Source: Heterodontus francisci
Lineage: Eukaryota
Assembly: GCF_036365525.1 (NCBI RefSeq)
Contig: NC_090410.1
Coordinates: forward strand, 12,072,062-12,136,061
Length of the DNA: 64,000 nucleotides
Direction: 5' to 3'
The notes under the pieces are model-generated. The model searched no databases, was not told the DNA's origin, and worked only from the letters and a program-made list of their open reading frames with translations. This document shows, piece after piece, positions 1-12,135 of this stretch (the first letter of the stretch is position 1; every line of letters starts with the position of its first letter). A program made the position numbers and the translations under genes.

Positions 1-2878
1 TCTCCAAAGCCTCCACGTCCTTCAGGTAGTGTGGCGACCAGAATTGCACGCAATATTGAAAGTTGGGCCTAACTAAAGTTCTGTACAGCTGCAACATGAC
101 TTGCCAATTTTTATACTCTATGCCTCGACCGATGAAGACAAGCATGCCGAATGCCTTCTTGACTACCTTATCCACCTGCGTTGCCACTTTGTGACCTGTG
201 GACCTGTACGCCCAGATCTCTCTGCCTGTCAATACTCCTAAGGGTTCTGCCATTTATCATATACCTCCCACCTGCATTAGACCTTCCAAAATGCATTACC
301 TCACATTTGTCCGGATTAAACTCCATCTGCCATTTCTCCGCCCAAGTCTCCAACCGATCTATATCCTGCAGTATCTTCTGACAATCCTCATCATTATCCG
401 CAACTCCACCAACCTTTGTGTCGTCTGCAAACTTACTAATCAGACCAGCTACATTTTCCTCCAAATCATTTATATATACTACAAACAGCAAAGGTCCCAG
501 CACTGATCCCTGCGGAACACCACTAGTCACATTTCTCCATTCAGAAAAACACCCTTCCACTGTTATCCTCTGTCTTCTGTGACCGAGCCAGTTCTGTATC
601 CATCTTTCCAGCTCACCTCTGATCCCGTGTGACTTCACCTTTTGCACCAGTCTGCCATGCGGGACCTTGTCAAAGGCTTTACTAAAGTCCATATCGACAA
701 CATCCACCGCCCTTCCCTCATCAATCATCTTCGTCACTTCCTCAAAAAACTCAATCAAATTAATAAGACACGACCTCCCCTTCACAAAACCATGCTGTCT
801 CTCGCTAATAAGTTTGTTTGTTTCCAAATGGGAGTAAATCCTGTCCCGAAGAATCCTCTCTAATAGTTTCCCTACCACTGACGTAAGGCTCACCGGCCTA
901 TAATTTCCTGGATTATCCTTGCCACCCTTCTTAAACAAAGAAACAACATTGGCTATTCTCCAGTCCTCTGGGACCTCACCTGTAGCCAATGAGGATGCAA
1001 AGATTTCTTTGGCCCCAGCATTTTCTTCCCTTGCCTTCCTCAGTATTCTAGGGTAGATCCTGTCAGGCCCTGGGGACTTATCTACCTTAATGCTTTGCAA
1101 GACACTCAACACCACCTCCTTTTTGATAATGAGATGACTGAGACTATCTGCACTCACTTCCCTCGGCTCATCATCCACCAAGTCCTTCTCCTTGGTGAAT
1201 ACTGATGCAAAGTACTCATTTAGTACGTCACCCATTTCCTCTGGCTCCACACATAGATTCCCTTCTCTGTCCTTGAGTGGGCCAACCCTTTCCCTGGTTA
1301 CCCTCTTCCTCTTTATATACGTATAAAAAGCCTTGGGATTTTCCTTAATCCTGTTTGCCAATGACTTTTCATGACCCCTGTTAGCCCTCCTGACTCCTTG
1401 CTTAAGTTCCTTCCTACTGTCTTTATATTCCTCAAGGGATTCGTCTGTTCCTAGCCTTCCAACCCTTACGAATGCTTCCTTTTTCTTTTTGACGAGGCTC
1501 ACAATATCCCGTGTTATCCAAGCTTCCCGAAACTTGCCAAACTTGTCTTTCTTCCTCACAGGAACATGCTGGTCCTGGATTCTAATCAACTGACGTTTGA
1601 AAGACTCCCACATGTCAGATGTTCATTTACCCTCAAACAGCCGCCCCCAATCTAAATTCTTCAGTTCCTGCCTAATATTGTTATAATTAGCCTTCCCTCA
1701 ATTTAACACCTTCACCCAAGGACTACTCTTATCCTTATCCACAAGTACCTTAAAACTTATTATGGTCACTGCTCCCGAAATGCTCCCCTACTGAATCTTC
1801 AACCACCTGGCCGGGCTCATTCCCCAATACTAGGTCCAGTACAGCCCCATCCCTAGTTGGACTATCTACATACTGTTTCAAGAAGCCCTCCTGGATGCTC
1901 CTTTCAAATTCTGCCCCATCCAAGCCCCTAGCACTAAGTGAGTCCCAGTCAATATTGGGGAAGTTAAAATCACCCACCACTACAACCCTGTTACCTTTAC
2001 ATCTTTCCAAAATGTGTCTACATATCTGCTCCTCTACCTCCTGCTGACTGTTGGGAGGCCTGTAGTAAACCCCCAACACCGTGACTGCACCCTTCCTATT
2101 CCTGAGCTCCACCCATATTGCCTCGCTGCATGACCCCTCTGAGGTGTCCTCCTTCAGTACAGCTGTGATATTCTCCTTAATCAGTAATGCAACTCCCCCC
2201 ACCCCTTTTACATCCCCCTCTATCCTGCCTGAAGCTTCTAAAGCCTGGAACATTTAGCTGCCAATCCTGCCCTTCCCTCAACCAAGTCTCTGTAATAGCA
2301 ACAACATCATATTTCCAAGTACTAATCCAAGCTCTAAGTTCATCTGCCTTACCTGTTATACTTCTCGCATTGAAACAAATGCACTTCAGACCACCAGTCC
2401 CACTGTGCTCAGCAACATCTCCCTGCCTGCTCTTCCTCTTAGTCCTACTGGCCTTATTTACAATGCCCTCCTCATTTACTTCACTAGCTGTCCTCCTGCT
2501 ATGGTTCCCACCCCCCTGCCACACTAGTTTAAACCCTCCCGAGTGACGCTAGCAAACCTTGCAGCCAGGATATTAGTGCCCTTCCAGTTTAGATGCAACC
2601 CGTCCTCCTTGTCCAGGTCCCATCTGTCCCTGAAGAGAGCCCAATGGTCCAGATATCTGAAACCCTCCCTTCTACACCAGCTGCTCAGCCACGTGTTTAG
2701 CTGCACTATCTTCCTATTTCTAGCCTCACTGGCACTTGGCACAGGGAGTAATCCAGAGATTACAACCCTAGAGGTCCTGTTTTTTAACTTACTACCTAAC
2801 TCACTAAACTCCCCCTGCAGGACCTCATCACTCTTCTTGCCTATGTCATTGGTACCGATGTGTACCACAACCTCTGGT
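1..2878 (-). mobile_element. CR1-clade LINE, young subfamily, 5'-truncated: ORF1 SGNH-esterase C-terminus (2524-2868) and frameshifted ORF2 endonuclease + reverse transcriptase; runs off window start
   Basis: ORFs 2524..2868 (VHIGTNDIG...DGLHLN), 2177..2524/1750..2253 (CFNARS, ITETWL, GDFNFP, SDH endonuclease motifs), 168..1613 (SPGPD, YRPVSLTS, GVPQGSVLGP, FADDTK RT motifs). Confidence 0.95.
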
Positions 2879-2927
2879 CGGTGGGCCGATGGGCCTGTTT
2901 CAGTGCTGTATCTTTTTATGACTCTAT

Positions 2928-3115
2928 ATCACTGTTCCTTCATTGTCACTGGGTCAAAATCCTGGAACTCCCTTCCTAAAAGCACTGTGGGTGTACCAAC
3001 ACCACATAGACTGCAGCAGTTCAAGAAGGCAGCTCATCACCTTCGCAAGGGCAATTAGGAATGGGCAATAAATTCTGGCCTTGCCAGTGACACTTATCCC
3101 AAGAATGAGTAAAAA
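2928..3115 (+). mobile_element. 3' end fragment of a second LINE family
   Basis: Translates to KSWNSLP...LQQFKKAAHHL, followed by a GGGCAATAAA tail also found at the end of the SINE at 9580-9941. Confidence 0.6.
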
Positions 3116-3269
3116 TATAATATTGAAGATCCCTATCAGGTTACCCCTAACCACCTCAGCTGTAATGGGAAAAGTCTTAATTTCTCAAGTTACACCTTTT
3201 TACCAAAGGACCGTTTCCACATGCCCACTGCCCATGGAATCATCCTTCCCCATGAACAATATGTATTAA

Positions 3270-3612
3270 TGGGAAATGTGAGGGTAGATAGAGAGAAACT
3301 CTTTCCACTTGTTGGGGTGTCTAGGACTAGGGGGCGTGGTGTAAATATTAGAACCAAACCTTTCAGGAGTAAAATTAAGGAACACTTCACCACCAAAAGG
3401 ATGGTAGAAGTTTGGAACTCTTCTGCAAGTTGCAATTGATGTTAGATCAGTTGTTAATTTTAAATCTGAGATTGATAGATTTTTGTTAACCAAAGGTATT
3501 AAGGGATATGGAGCAAAGGCAGGTATATGAAGTTAGACCACAGATTAGCCACGATCCCATTGAATGGCGAACAGGCTCGAGAATCGAAACGGCCTCTTTC
3601 TGTTCCTACGTT
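3270..3612 (+). mobile_element. CR1 LINE 3' end fragment
   Basis: ORF 3221..3439 (VDREKLFPL...FTTKRMVEVWNS) plus CR1-type 3'UTR. Confidence 0.8.
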
Positions 3613-3839
3613 CAATATGCCGTTCAGGCTGGTTCTGCTCGAGGTAGTGCAAGACAACAATAGTAATCTTGGACATCACTACCTTTTTCAGGTTGTCCTT
3701 CTTAACCTAACTCCTGGAATGCTGCAGGAATTGTAAAATACTCCCTATGTTGCTGACTTAGAAATAAGCTTCAGCTTCAAGGTGTGCATCCCCCTCCACT
3801 GGAGTGTCTGCACTTACCTAGTTATGTCCCTTTGCTATA

Positions 3840-4145
3840 CCCCTTTCCTCTAGAAAAGAGAAGGCTGAGGAGTGACTTCATCAAAATCTTTAAAATTGTG
3901 AAGGGGTTTGATGAGGTAGGGGTTGAGACTTGTGGGGGAGTGCAAAAAGGAGTGGTCATAAGTATAAGATGGTCACCAATAAATCAAATAGGAAATTCAG
4001 AAGAACACATGAGGGAGAAAGGATTAGAAGAATATGTTGATGGGATGAGATGAACAGGGTGGGAGGAGCTTGCGCAAAAGAAAAACACTGGCAGACTACT
4101 TGGGCTGAATGGCCTGTTTCTGTATTGTGAACTCTATGTAACTAT
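3840..4145 (+). mobile_element. Degenerate CR1 LINE 3' end fragment
   Basis: LEKRRLRSDFIKIFKIVKG motif and GGGCTGAATGGCCTGTTTCTG tail. Confidence 0.7.
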
Positions 4146-4595
4146 GCAACCTAGGAGGCAACACATCATTCAGGACTCTGAGAGTGTGTCTCCATCTCTC
4201 ATGACTTCCCCCATTTTCTATTGAATCTCATTATCTTTGGGCAGCCCTATTTTTCCATGATGCTGTGGCATTTTTTATGCTTGCCTTCCCCTGAGTCATC
4301 AACCTTGGCACAAGTATTTAATACTGAAAACTTATTTATCAAGGCAGGGCTTTCAGGGGACCCCTGCACATTCTATGCATTCCTCCTCCCTCTGCAATGG
4401 ATTCTCACCTACTTCCGGTCCTATTATCACTCTTGTCTGCCTATGGGAGCAAGTGTTTAGGAAACCCAGATCTTAACTATATATTGAATATACAATGATT
4501 TTGACCGTATTCAATAAAAAAAGGAAGACCTGCATTTATATTACACTTTTTGCAACCTCAGAACATTCAAAAGCACTTTACAGCCAATGAAGAGA

Positions 4596-6222
4596 GAGAT
4601 CAGGGAGGGGGATTGTGATATACTTGAACATATTAACATCGAAAGGGAGGAAGTATTAGCTGTTTTAGCGGGCTTAAAAGTGGATAAATCCCCAGGCCCA
4701 GATGAGATGGATCCCAGGCTGTTGTGTGAGGGAAAGGAGGAGATAGCAGGGGCTCTGACACAAATTTTCAAATTCTCTCTGGCCACAGGGGAGGTACCAG
4801 AGGATTGGAGGACAGCGAATGTGGTACCATTATTTAAGAAAGGTATCGGGGATAAACCGGGTAATTATAGACCGGTGAGTCTAACATCAGTGGTTGGGAA
4901 ACTATTGGAAAAAATTCTGAGGGACAGGATTAATCTCCACTTGGAGAGGCAGGGATAGTCAGCATGCTTTGTCAGGGGGCGATCGTGTCTAACTAACTTG
5001 ATTGAATTTTTCGAGGTGGTGACTAGATGTGTAGATGAGGGTAAAGCAGTTGATGTTGTCTACATGGACTTCAGTAAGGCTTTTGTTAAGGTCCCGCATG
5101 GGAGATTGGTTAAGAAGGTAAGAGCCCATGGGATCCAGGGCAATTTGGCAAATTGGATCCAAAATTGGCTTAGTGGCAGGAGGCAGAGGGTAATGTTCGA
5201 GGGTTGTTTTTGCAAGTGGAAGCCTGTGACTAGTGGTGTACCACAGGGATTGGTGCTGGGTCCCTTGCTGTTTGTAGTGTACGTTAATGATTTAGACGTG
5301 AGTACAGGAGATATGATCAGTAAGTTCACAAATGACGCGAAAATTGGTGGTGGTGTAAATAGTGAGGAGGAAAGGACGATTACAGGACGATATAGATGGG
5401 ATGGTAAGATGGGCGGAGCTGTGGCAAATGAATTTAATCCTGAGAAGTGTGAGGTGATGCATTTTGGGAGGACTAACACGGCAAGGGAATATACAATGGA
5501 TGGGAAGTTCAGAAGGACCTTGGTGTACTTGTCCATAGATCACTGAAGGCAGCAGCACAGGTAGATAAGGTGGTTAGGAAGGCATATGGGATACTTGCCT
5601 TTATTAGCTGAGGCATAGAATATAAGAGCAGGGAGGTTATGATGGAGATATATAAAACGCTAGTTAGGCCATAGCTGGAGTGCTGTGTACAGTTCTGGTC
5701 AACACACTATAGGAAGGATGTGATTGCACTGGGGAGGGTGCAGAAGAGATTCACCAGGATGTTGCCTGGGCTGGAGCATTTCAGCTATAAATAGAGACTG
5801 AAAAGGCTAGGGTTATTTTTCTTAGAGTAGAGAAGGCTGAAGGGAGATATGATTGAGGTAGACAAAGTTATGAGGGGCATTGATAGGTTAGATAGGAAGA
5901 AACTTTTTCCCTTGGTGGAGGGGTCAGTAACCAGGGGGCATAGATTTAAGGTAAGGGGCAGGAGGTTTAGAGGGGATATGAGGAAAAAAAAAATTCACCC
6001 AGAGGGTGGTTGGAACCTGGAACGCACTGCATGAAGAGGTGGTAGAGGCAGGAACCCTCACAACGTTTAAGAAGTATTTAGATGAGCACTTGAAATGCCA
6101 TAACATACAAGGCTACAGGCCAAGTGCTGGAAAATGGGATTAGAATAGTTGGGTGCTTGATGGCCAGCACATACAAGATGGGCCGAAGGGCCTGTTTCTG
6201 TGCCGTATAACTCTATGACTCT
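4596..6222 (+). mobile_element. CR1 LINE, 5'-truncated, RT region to 3' tail
   Basis: ORFs 4587..4958, 4998..5546, 5849..6034 with RT motifs; ends GGGCCGAAGGGCCTGTTTCTGTGCCGTATAACTCTATGACTCT. Confidence 0.93.
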
Positions 6223-6224
6223 AA

Positions 6225-6505
6225 GAACTTCTGAGTTTTAGTCATTCTTGTGATGTAGGAAACACGACAGCCAATTTGTGCACAGCAAGCTGCCACAAAC
6301 ATCAATGTGATAACAGCCAGATAACATTTTTTTTTAGTGATGTTGGTTGAGCGATAAATATTGTCCAGGACACTGCGATGAACTTGCCTGCTCTTCTTCA
6401 AAATAGTGCCATGGGATCTTTTACATCCACCTAAGAGGGCAGACAGGGCCTTGGTTTAACGTCTCATCTGAAGGACAGCACCTCCAACAATGTAGCACTC
6501 GCTCA
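6225..6505 (-). mobile_element. DeuSINE (SacSINE1/AmnSINE1-like) partial copy
   Basis: Reverse complement of the Deu core GATGAGACGTTAAACC...GGTGGATGTAAAAGATCCCATGGCACTATTTTGAAGAAGAGCAGG. Confidence 0.8.
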
Positions 6506-6851
6506 GTAAAAATATCAACTCTGTATACTGTGGCCTGTCCCAGTTTAGAAGTAAATTTCCTGTGCAATTTCTTCTCTTGCTGACTTACTGCACTTAGTGC
6601 TGTTTCAAATATTGTGTTCCCAGTATCTTGTAACCTGATGTAGTGATTGCATTGGAGGTTCTTTAATGCAGGATATGTGAACTTTAACACATGAGGCAAG
6701 GAGATATCTCCCAAGGTCTGGAAAAAGCTGCAACGTGTTGTCAGATACTAGTGTAGGAGTGCCTCATATGGTTATGGAATTCCTCCCTCCGCTGCTTTGA
6801 TCAAGGCATTAAGCTGGGTTCAAATAACAGAGGAAGAAATGTCATTGAGAT

Positions 6852-7232
6852 TAAAGGCCTGCTCAAGTCATCAAAAAAAAAACCCAACCCAAACCTGGCG
6901 GCCCGTGTCCCTCCATTTTCACCCCGAGCCTGACCCGACCCAAGCCCGACCAACCACTGCAATGTTCCCTTCACTTACCTTCCGACTCCCAAGCTGCCGG
7001 AAGCTGCAGTATGAGCGTGATGATGTCATAGAGACGCTCACTGCGCAGACTCAGAGTTTCCCTGCTTGACGTCCCAGACTCGCAGCTCAGGTACGTTTTT
7101 AACTTTTGGCACTTACCTTGTTGTGTGCGTCCGATCTGGACCCGACCCGAGCCCGAAGAGCGGCCCGACCCAACCTGAACCCGGCACATGTTGTCGGATC
7201 CTATCGGGTTCGGGTTGGGTAGCAGGCCTTTA
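6852..7232. mobile_element. Non-autonomous hAT-type DNA transposon (MITE)
   Basis: 12-bp TIRs TAAAGGCCTGCT (6852-6863) / AGCAGGCCTTTA (7221-7232); exact 8-bp TSD ATTGAGAT (6844-6851, 7233-7240); subterminal CCCGA repeats. Confidence 0.88.
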
Positions 7233-7768
7233 ATTGAGATACCTTAAGCATTCGTACCGCTGCATCTCACAGTGAGACTTAAAGGTACATGAATTTAATT
7301 TAGGAAACTAATGAAGGAAATAGACTTGCAGGGCTATGGAGATTGAGCAGGGGTGTAGGACTGATTGGATGGAGAGCAGGCATGGACTCGATGGGCCGAA
7401 TGGCCCCCTTCTGTGCCGTAAATGGCTCTATGACTCTATAACTTTAATGCACATTCATCCAAAGCAATTGCTTTGTTGCTCATTTTGTCATGGAATCTGG
7501 TTTGGGAGAGGAGTTGGGGGAACCTGATCACTTTCAGTGTTTTGCACACACTTCAAGGGATCTCTGAAATTCATCCCCAGCTTCTGCATTTCTGGTGGGA
7601 GTGGGGGCGAGAGACTGTACTGTGACCAAGTGTGAACCTGTCAATAAAACATTACAGTTTATTGATTAAACTTAAGAGACTGCGGAGAAATTGAATTTGG
7701 TCCCGAGTGTTAAAATGCATCGTTCAGTTACACCAATGGCCAGCTTATTTTGTCACTCTCAATTCCAG

Positions 7769-7995
7769 CTGTCAAGGTGCGAACGAGGGGGCTGGTGCAT
7801 GCCGTGGGAGATCCTAACCACCTCTTTGAAGATACCAGCGGGAATATGGAATCTCTGAGATCAGGATACGAGGGGACCGCCACAGGCTTTGGCCTCACAA
7901 GAGAGGGCATCCTCAGCGACCCCATGATGTCTAACCTGGCAATGGCTTATGGGAGCAGTTTGGCGAGTCAGGGGAAGAGCATTGTTGATCAAAAT
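7769..7995 (+). CDS. YIF1B: YIF1B coding exon (first one in window; phase-1 start, upstream exon not found)
   Basis: ttccag acceptor, gtaagc donor; VKVRTRG..GDPNHLFEDTS..LSDPMMSNLAMAYGSSLASQGKSIVDQN resembles the YIF1 N-terminal region. Confidence 0.9.
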
Positions 7996-8115
7996 GTAAG
8001 CGGGGGAGTGGGGGCGTGAAGTAGGAATTAACCATTCTCCACATGGCACAAGAATGGTACAGTCCTGATATCCATATAGCAAGAACGATTGAACCTTTTC
8101 CCTTGACTCCTGCAG

Positions 8116-8220
8116 ATTGATCGATTTATTCCAGTCAGCAGATTGAAATATTATTTTGCTGTGGACACTGTTTATGTCGGAAAGAAGCTGGGTCTCCTGG
8201 TTTTTCCCTACATGCACCAG
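8116..8220 (+). CDS. YIF1B: YIF1B coding exon
   Basis: tgcag/gtaagg; [35 protein letters not shown]. Confidence 0.95.
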
Positions 8221-8809
8221 GTAAGGGAGGTGGCCTTTCACTGGTGATTTAGCTTAAAGGGCATTAATCAGGAAAGCAAAGCTGCAGGTTACTCTGGTTA
8301 AAAGTGCATCGTGCTGTAGCCTTGGAACTTACTGGAACCTCCAAGGGTGCAGGGATTCGCAAGTCTTCAATGAGTTGTTAGGGGAGGGGTGTGATGTTAC
8401 ATTTGTCTGTGGTCTGTATGAGACACGCTGAGAGCAGGGTCATCAGCCTGAACGGTTCTCAAATACAGACCTGCAGTTCAATTTAGAATTGTCCCTCGTC
8501 CCTGGGGAGGTGTTCTAATTTGTGGCTCCTTGTGCTCATTTTTATTGCGGAATCGCTTTGTTAGATGAGGTTTCCAGTGGCAAGCAACCCTTTATCTTGG
8601 TTGTTGGAGGTGTTTTGCATATGGTGGCACGAAAATGAAATCACTTCTGGAGGCATATGCACTGTTTCACTTGTAGCCCAGCATTGTCTCTCTCTTGCAG
8701 GTGAATGGTCTTGGTTAGGGGAAGGTGGTGGTGTAATGGCACTGGACTAATACAGAGCCTCAGGCCAATTCCTCTGTGGACATGGGTTCAAATCCAACCA
8801 CGGCAGCTG

Positions 8810-9295
8810 TTCCGCCATTCTATGAAATCGCGGCTGATGCGTGACCTAACTCCTATGCCCCATAACCCTTAGCACCCTTGGACAACAAAAATCTATCAAT
8901 CTTGGACTTAAAATTAACAATTGATCTATCATCTATTGCCGTTTGCAGAAAAGAGTGCCAACCTTCTACCCCGCTGTGCGTGTAGAAATGTTTCCTAATT
9001 TCACTACTAAAAGGTCTGACTCTAATTTTTAGACAATGCCCCCAGTTCTAAACTCTGAAACCAGTGGAAAGAGTTTCTCTCTATCTACCCTATCTGTTCC
9101 TCTTAATATTTTGAAAACTTTGATGAAATCTTAACTTTCTAAATTCCAGGGAATACAGCCCTCGTTTGTGTAATCTCTCCATGTAATTTAATCCCTGGAG
9201 TCTGGGTATCATTCTGGTAAATCTACACTGCACTCCAAGGCCAGTATATCCATCCTAAGGTGTGGTGCCCAGAACTGGTCACAGTAACTCCAGGT
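8810..9295 (-). mobile_element. CR1 LINE 3' fragment, preceded by a SINE head at about 8720-8810 (+)
   Basis: Reverse complement of CR1 C-terminal coding region and 3'UTR. Confidence 0.7.
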
Positions 9296-9483
9296 TTCTC
9301 ACAGTACAAACACATTAAAAATAATGATCGAAGAGCAATGCCACAGGCGATCAACTGTTACTGGGCTGGAGACTGACATACTTACTCCTTCAGTGACATG
9401 AAGGATGTCTTCCCATTCAGCTTGTGTTGGGTTATGCACTGATCTTTGTCTAACTGCTTGTTTACTAAACTCTGTGTTGACAG

Positions 9484-9562
9484 AATTGGGAGGTGCGATA
9501 CCAGCAGGACACCCCCGTGGCCCCTCGGGTTGAAGTGAATGCTCCTGACTTGTATATTCCAG
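9484..9562 (+). CDS. YIF1B: YIF1B coding exon
   Basis: gacag/gtaagt; NWEVRYQQDTPVAPRVEVNAPDLYIP (YIF1 signature NAPDLYIP). Confidence 0.95.
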
Positions 9563-9579
9563 GTAAGTGCTGCCCGTTT

Positions 9580-9941
9580 AAAAAAATTAGTTTGTGGGAT
9601 GTGGGCATAGCTAACATTTATTGCCCATCCCTAATTATCCTTGAACTGAGTGGCTTGCTAGGCTATTTAAGAGTCAACCACATTGCTGTGGGTCTGGAGT
9701 CGCATGTAGGCCAGACCAGGTAAGGATGGCAGATTTCCTTCCCTAAAGGATATTAGTGAACCAGATGGGTTTTTAACAACAATCGGCAATGGTTTCATGG
9801 TCACCATTAGCCTAGCTTTTTAATTCCAGATTTATTAACTGAATTCAAAATTCACCATTTGCCCTGGTGGGATTTGAACGAGCATTAGCCTGGGCTCTGG
9901 ATTACTAGTCCAGTGACATTACCACGACACCACCGTCTCCC
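9580..9941 (-). mobile_element. tRNA-derived SINE with LINE-derived 3' tail
   Basis: Minus strand begins GGGAGACGGTGGTGTCGTGGTAATGTCACTGGACTAGTAATCC...GTTCAAATCCC (A/B boxes) and ends with the GGGCAATAAA tail shared with 2928-3115. Confidence 0.7.
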
Positions 9942-10050
9942 CGCCGCTATGTGATCAGTGCTAACAGTAGTCATTAGCAACCCCATGAATTGTTCCTGCA
10001 TTTGGGGGGTGGGGAGGTGGTGCTCACACTATAATCAACATAATCAACCC

Positions 10051-10185
10051 AGTTCTGATAATAGGTCACAGACCTGAAACATTAACTCTGTTTCTTTCTG
10101 CACAGATGCTGCCAGATCTGCTGCGTATTTCCAGCATTTTCTGTTTTTACTTCAGATTTCCAATATCCACACTATTTTGCTTTTG
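10051..10185 (+). mobile_element. Penelope-like short element (single arm) with degenerate minimal hammerhead motif
   Basis: AGTT-CTGATAA-T-AGGTC-ACA-GACCT-GAAAC-ATT-AACT followed by the same body and tail as 19075-19202. Confidence 0.65.
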
Positions 10186-10274
10186 TATTTATTATCATAG
10201 CATCTTGTAAGGTTCAATAAATGTCTAACAATGACATGCCCCTGCTACTGCAGGGTGACTTTACCCGTACACTT

Positions 10275-10672
10275 CATAGAGTTATAGAGTCATAGAGTTA
10301 TACAGCACAGAAACAGGCCCTTCAGCCCATCGTGTCTGTGCCGGCCATCAAGCACCAAACTGTTCTGATCCCATTTTCCAGCACTTGGCCTGTAGCCTTG
10401 TATGCTATGGCATTTCAAGTGCTCATCTAAATACTTCTTAAATGTTGTGAGGGATCCTACCTCTACCACCCCTACAGGCAGTGCGTTCCAGATTGCAACC
10501 ACCCTCTGAGTGATTTTTTTCCCCCTCAAATCCCCTCTAAACCTCCTGCCCCTTACTTTAAATCTATGCCCCTGGGTATTGACCCCTCCACTAAGTTTCT
10601 TCCTATCTAACCGATCAATGCCCCTCATAATTTTGTATACCTCAATCATGCCCCCCCTCAGCCTTCTCTGCT
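10275..10672 (-). mobile_element. CR1 LINE 3' end (same subfamily as 4596-6222)
   Basis: ORF 10290..10694 (QRRLRGGMIEVYKIMRGIDR...TQRVVAIWNALP) and the same CTCTATGA tail. Confidence 0.9.
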
Positions 10673-10689
10673 GAAGATTATGTCCTATG

Positions 10690-11012
10690 CCCATCCATCT
10701 TCAGCTGCTTCATCAATGACCTCCCCTCCATCATAAGGTCAGAAGTGGGGACCTTCGCTGATTGCACAATGTTCAGTACCATTCACGACTCCTCAGATAC
10801 TGAAGCAGCCCGTGCCCAGATGCAGCATGACCTGGACAACATCCAGGCTTGGGCTGATAAGTGGCAAGTAACATTTGCTCCACACAAGTGGCAGTCAATG
10901 ACTATCTCAAACAAGAGAGAATCTAGCCATCTCCCCTTGATGTTCAATGGCATTACCATTGCTGAACCCCCTACTGTCAACTTCCTGGGGGTCACCATTG
11001 ACCAGAAACTGA
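10690..11012 (+). mobile_element. RT fragment of another LINE family
   Basis: ORF 10745..11044 FADCTMF..DLDNIQAWADKWQVTF..LGVTIDQKLN. Confidence 0.8.
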
Positions 11013-11014
11013 AC

Positions 11015-12135
11015 TTCAGCAAGAGTGAATCGTTAACAAAGTGACTCCTGACCACGCAGTGGCTCGCCGACATCATCAGAGCACTCCAAGCTGCGCGCAT
11101 GCGCAAATGGTCTGCTCTCAGTGAGATGCTGTGCATGCATAGCCTGCGTCTGCCAGAGCTAATTGGCGCCTGTGCGGGAAAACGTCATCAGTTACATGCT
11201 CTCCCCACTCAGCTACTCTCTTCCCCCCTTGGCCATTCGCTGCAGGCCTCGACGCTTTCTCCCGCTCCTCCCTAAAGGCCGCTTCCTCCCCTCAGCCACT
11301 CGCTCTAGACCTTACCACTGCTGTCCCCCATTCCCCTCGGCTGATTGTTCCCCGCTCCTTGCTTCCCACCGGCCACCCCACTCTCCGGCTGCTCGCTGCC
11401 CACTTCTCCCCCTCTTCCCCCATCCAGACGCTAGCTTTAGGCCGCGCCGCTTCCCTCTTCTTGGCCACTCACTCCTGTGTCGCCCCGTCACCCCTCGCAG
11501 CCTGCCTTGCTTCTGCGATCGAATGTGGGAGCGAGTGGCTGGGAGGAGGAAAGTGGTGCGGCATAGAGCTAGCATCTGGAGGAGTGGGGGTGGGGGCGAG
11601 GAGTGGAGAGCGAGCGGCCGGAGAGCAGGAAGCGAGGACTGGGGAACAATCGGCCAAGGGGAAAGTGGGGAGCAATGCCGAGGTCTGGAGTGAATGTGAA
11701 TTGGGAGAATGGGAGATCGGGAGTGGGGCAGCAATTCAGTTATTTCCTCCATAAACTTCAGTGTAAGTGTTGACTTTACCATGCCATAGAAAGTTGCTTT
11801 ACATTCCAAATTTCAATGGCAGTATCATACTGGAGATCTGTCTTTGTCAAAAAAAATCAAAACAGTTGAACAGGAGACATCCAACAAATGAAGCAATGCC
11901 AGGAGGGATCGGGGGACTGTTGGGGGTGGGATGGAGGCAGCGATGGCAACCTTTGAGGGGATTTTCGGGTTGAAGTTGTTTTTCTGTGATAATTTGAGCA
12001 GCGCTATCTTTAATCCTGGCAGCTGCCTGAACGTCATAGACAGTGACGCTTCAGTGGAAGAGGCTGCACTTGCGCATGTGCTGGTACCACACCACCTAGT
12101 GGCTGCGTTGTTAGCAAACGCAGCCAATTGTTAAT
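11015..12135. repeat. Unclassified GC-rich insert with long internal imperfect inverted repeat (about 11297-11697)
   Basis: 11423-11475 matches the reverse complement of 11528-11580 at 42/53 positions; further complementary blocks outward (about 11333-11365 vs 11627-11662). Confidence 0.6.

Noticed and set aside
3617-3645. Possible YIF1B first coding exon (ATG...GAG|GTAG)
   Set aside because: Weak donor, phase does not fit the next exon, no promoter features; exon 1 is probably upstream of the window
11163-11809. Overlapping ORFs of 131-176 aa
   Set aside because: Low-complexity products of a GC-rich inverted repeat inside an intron; no recognisable domain
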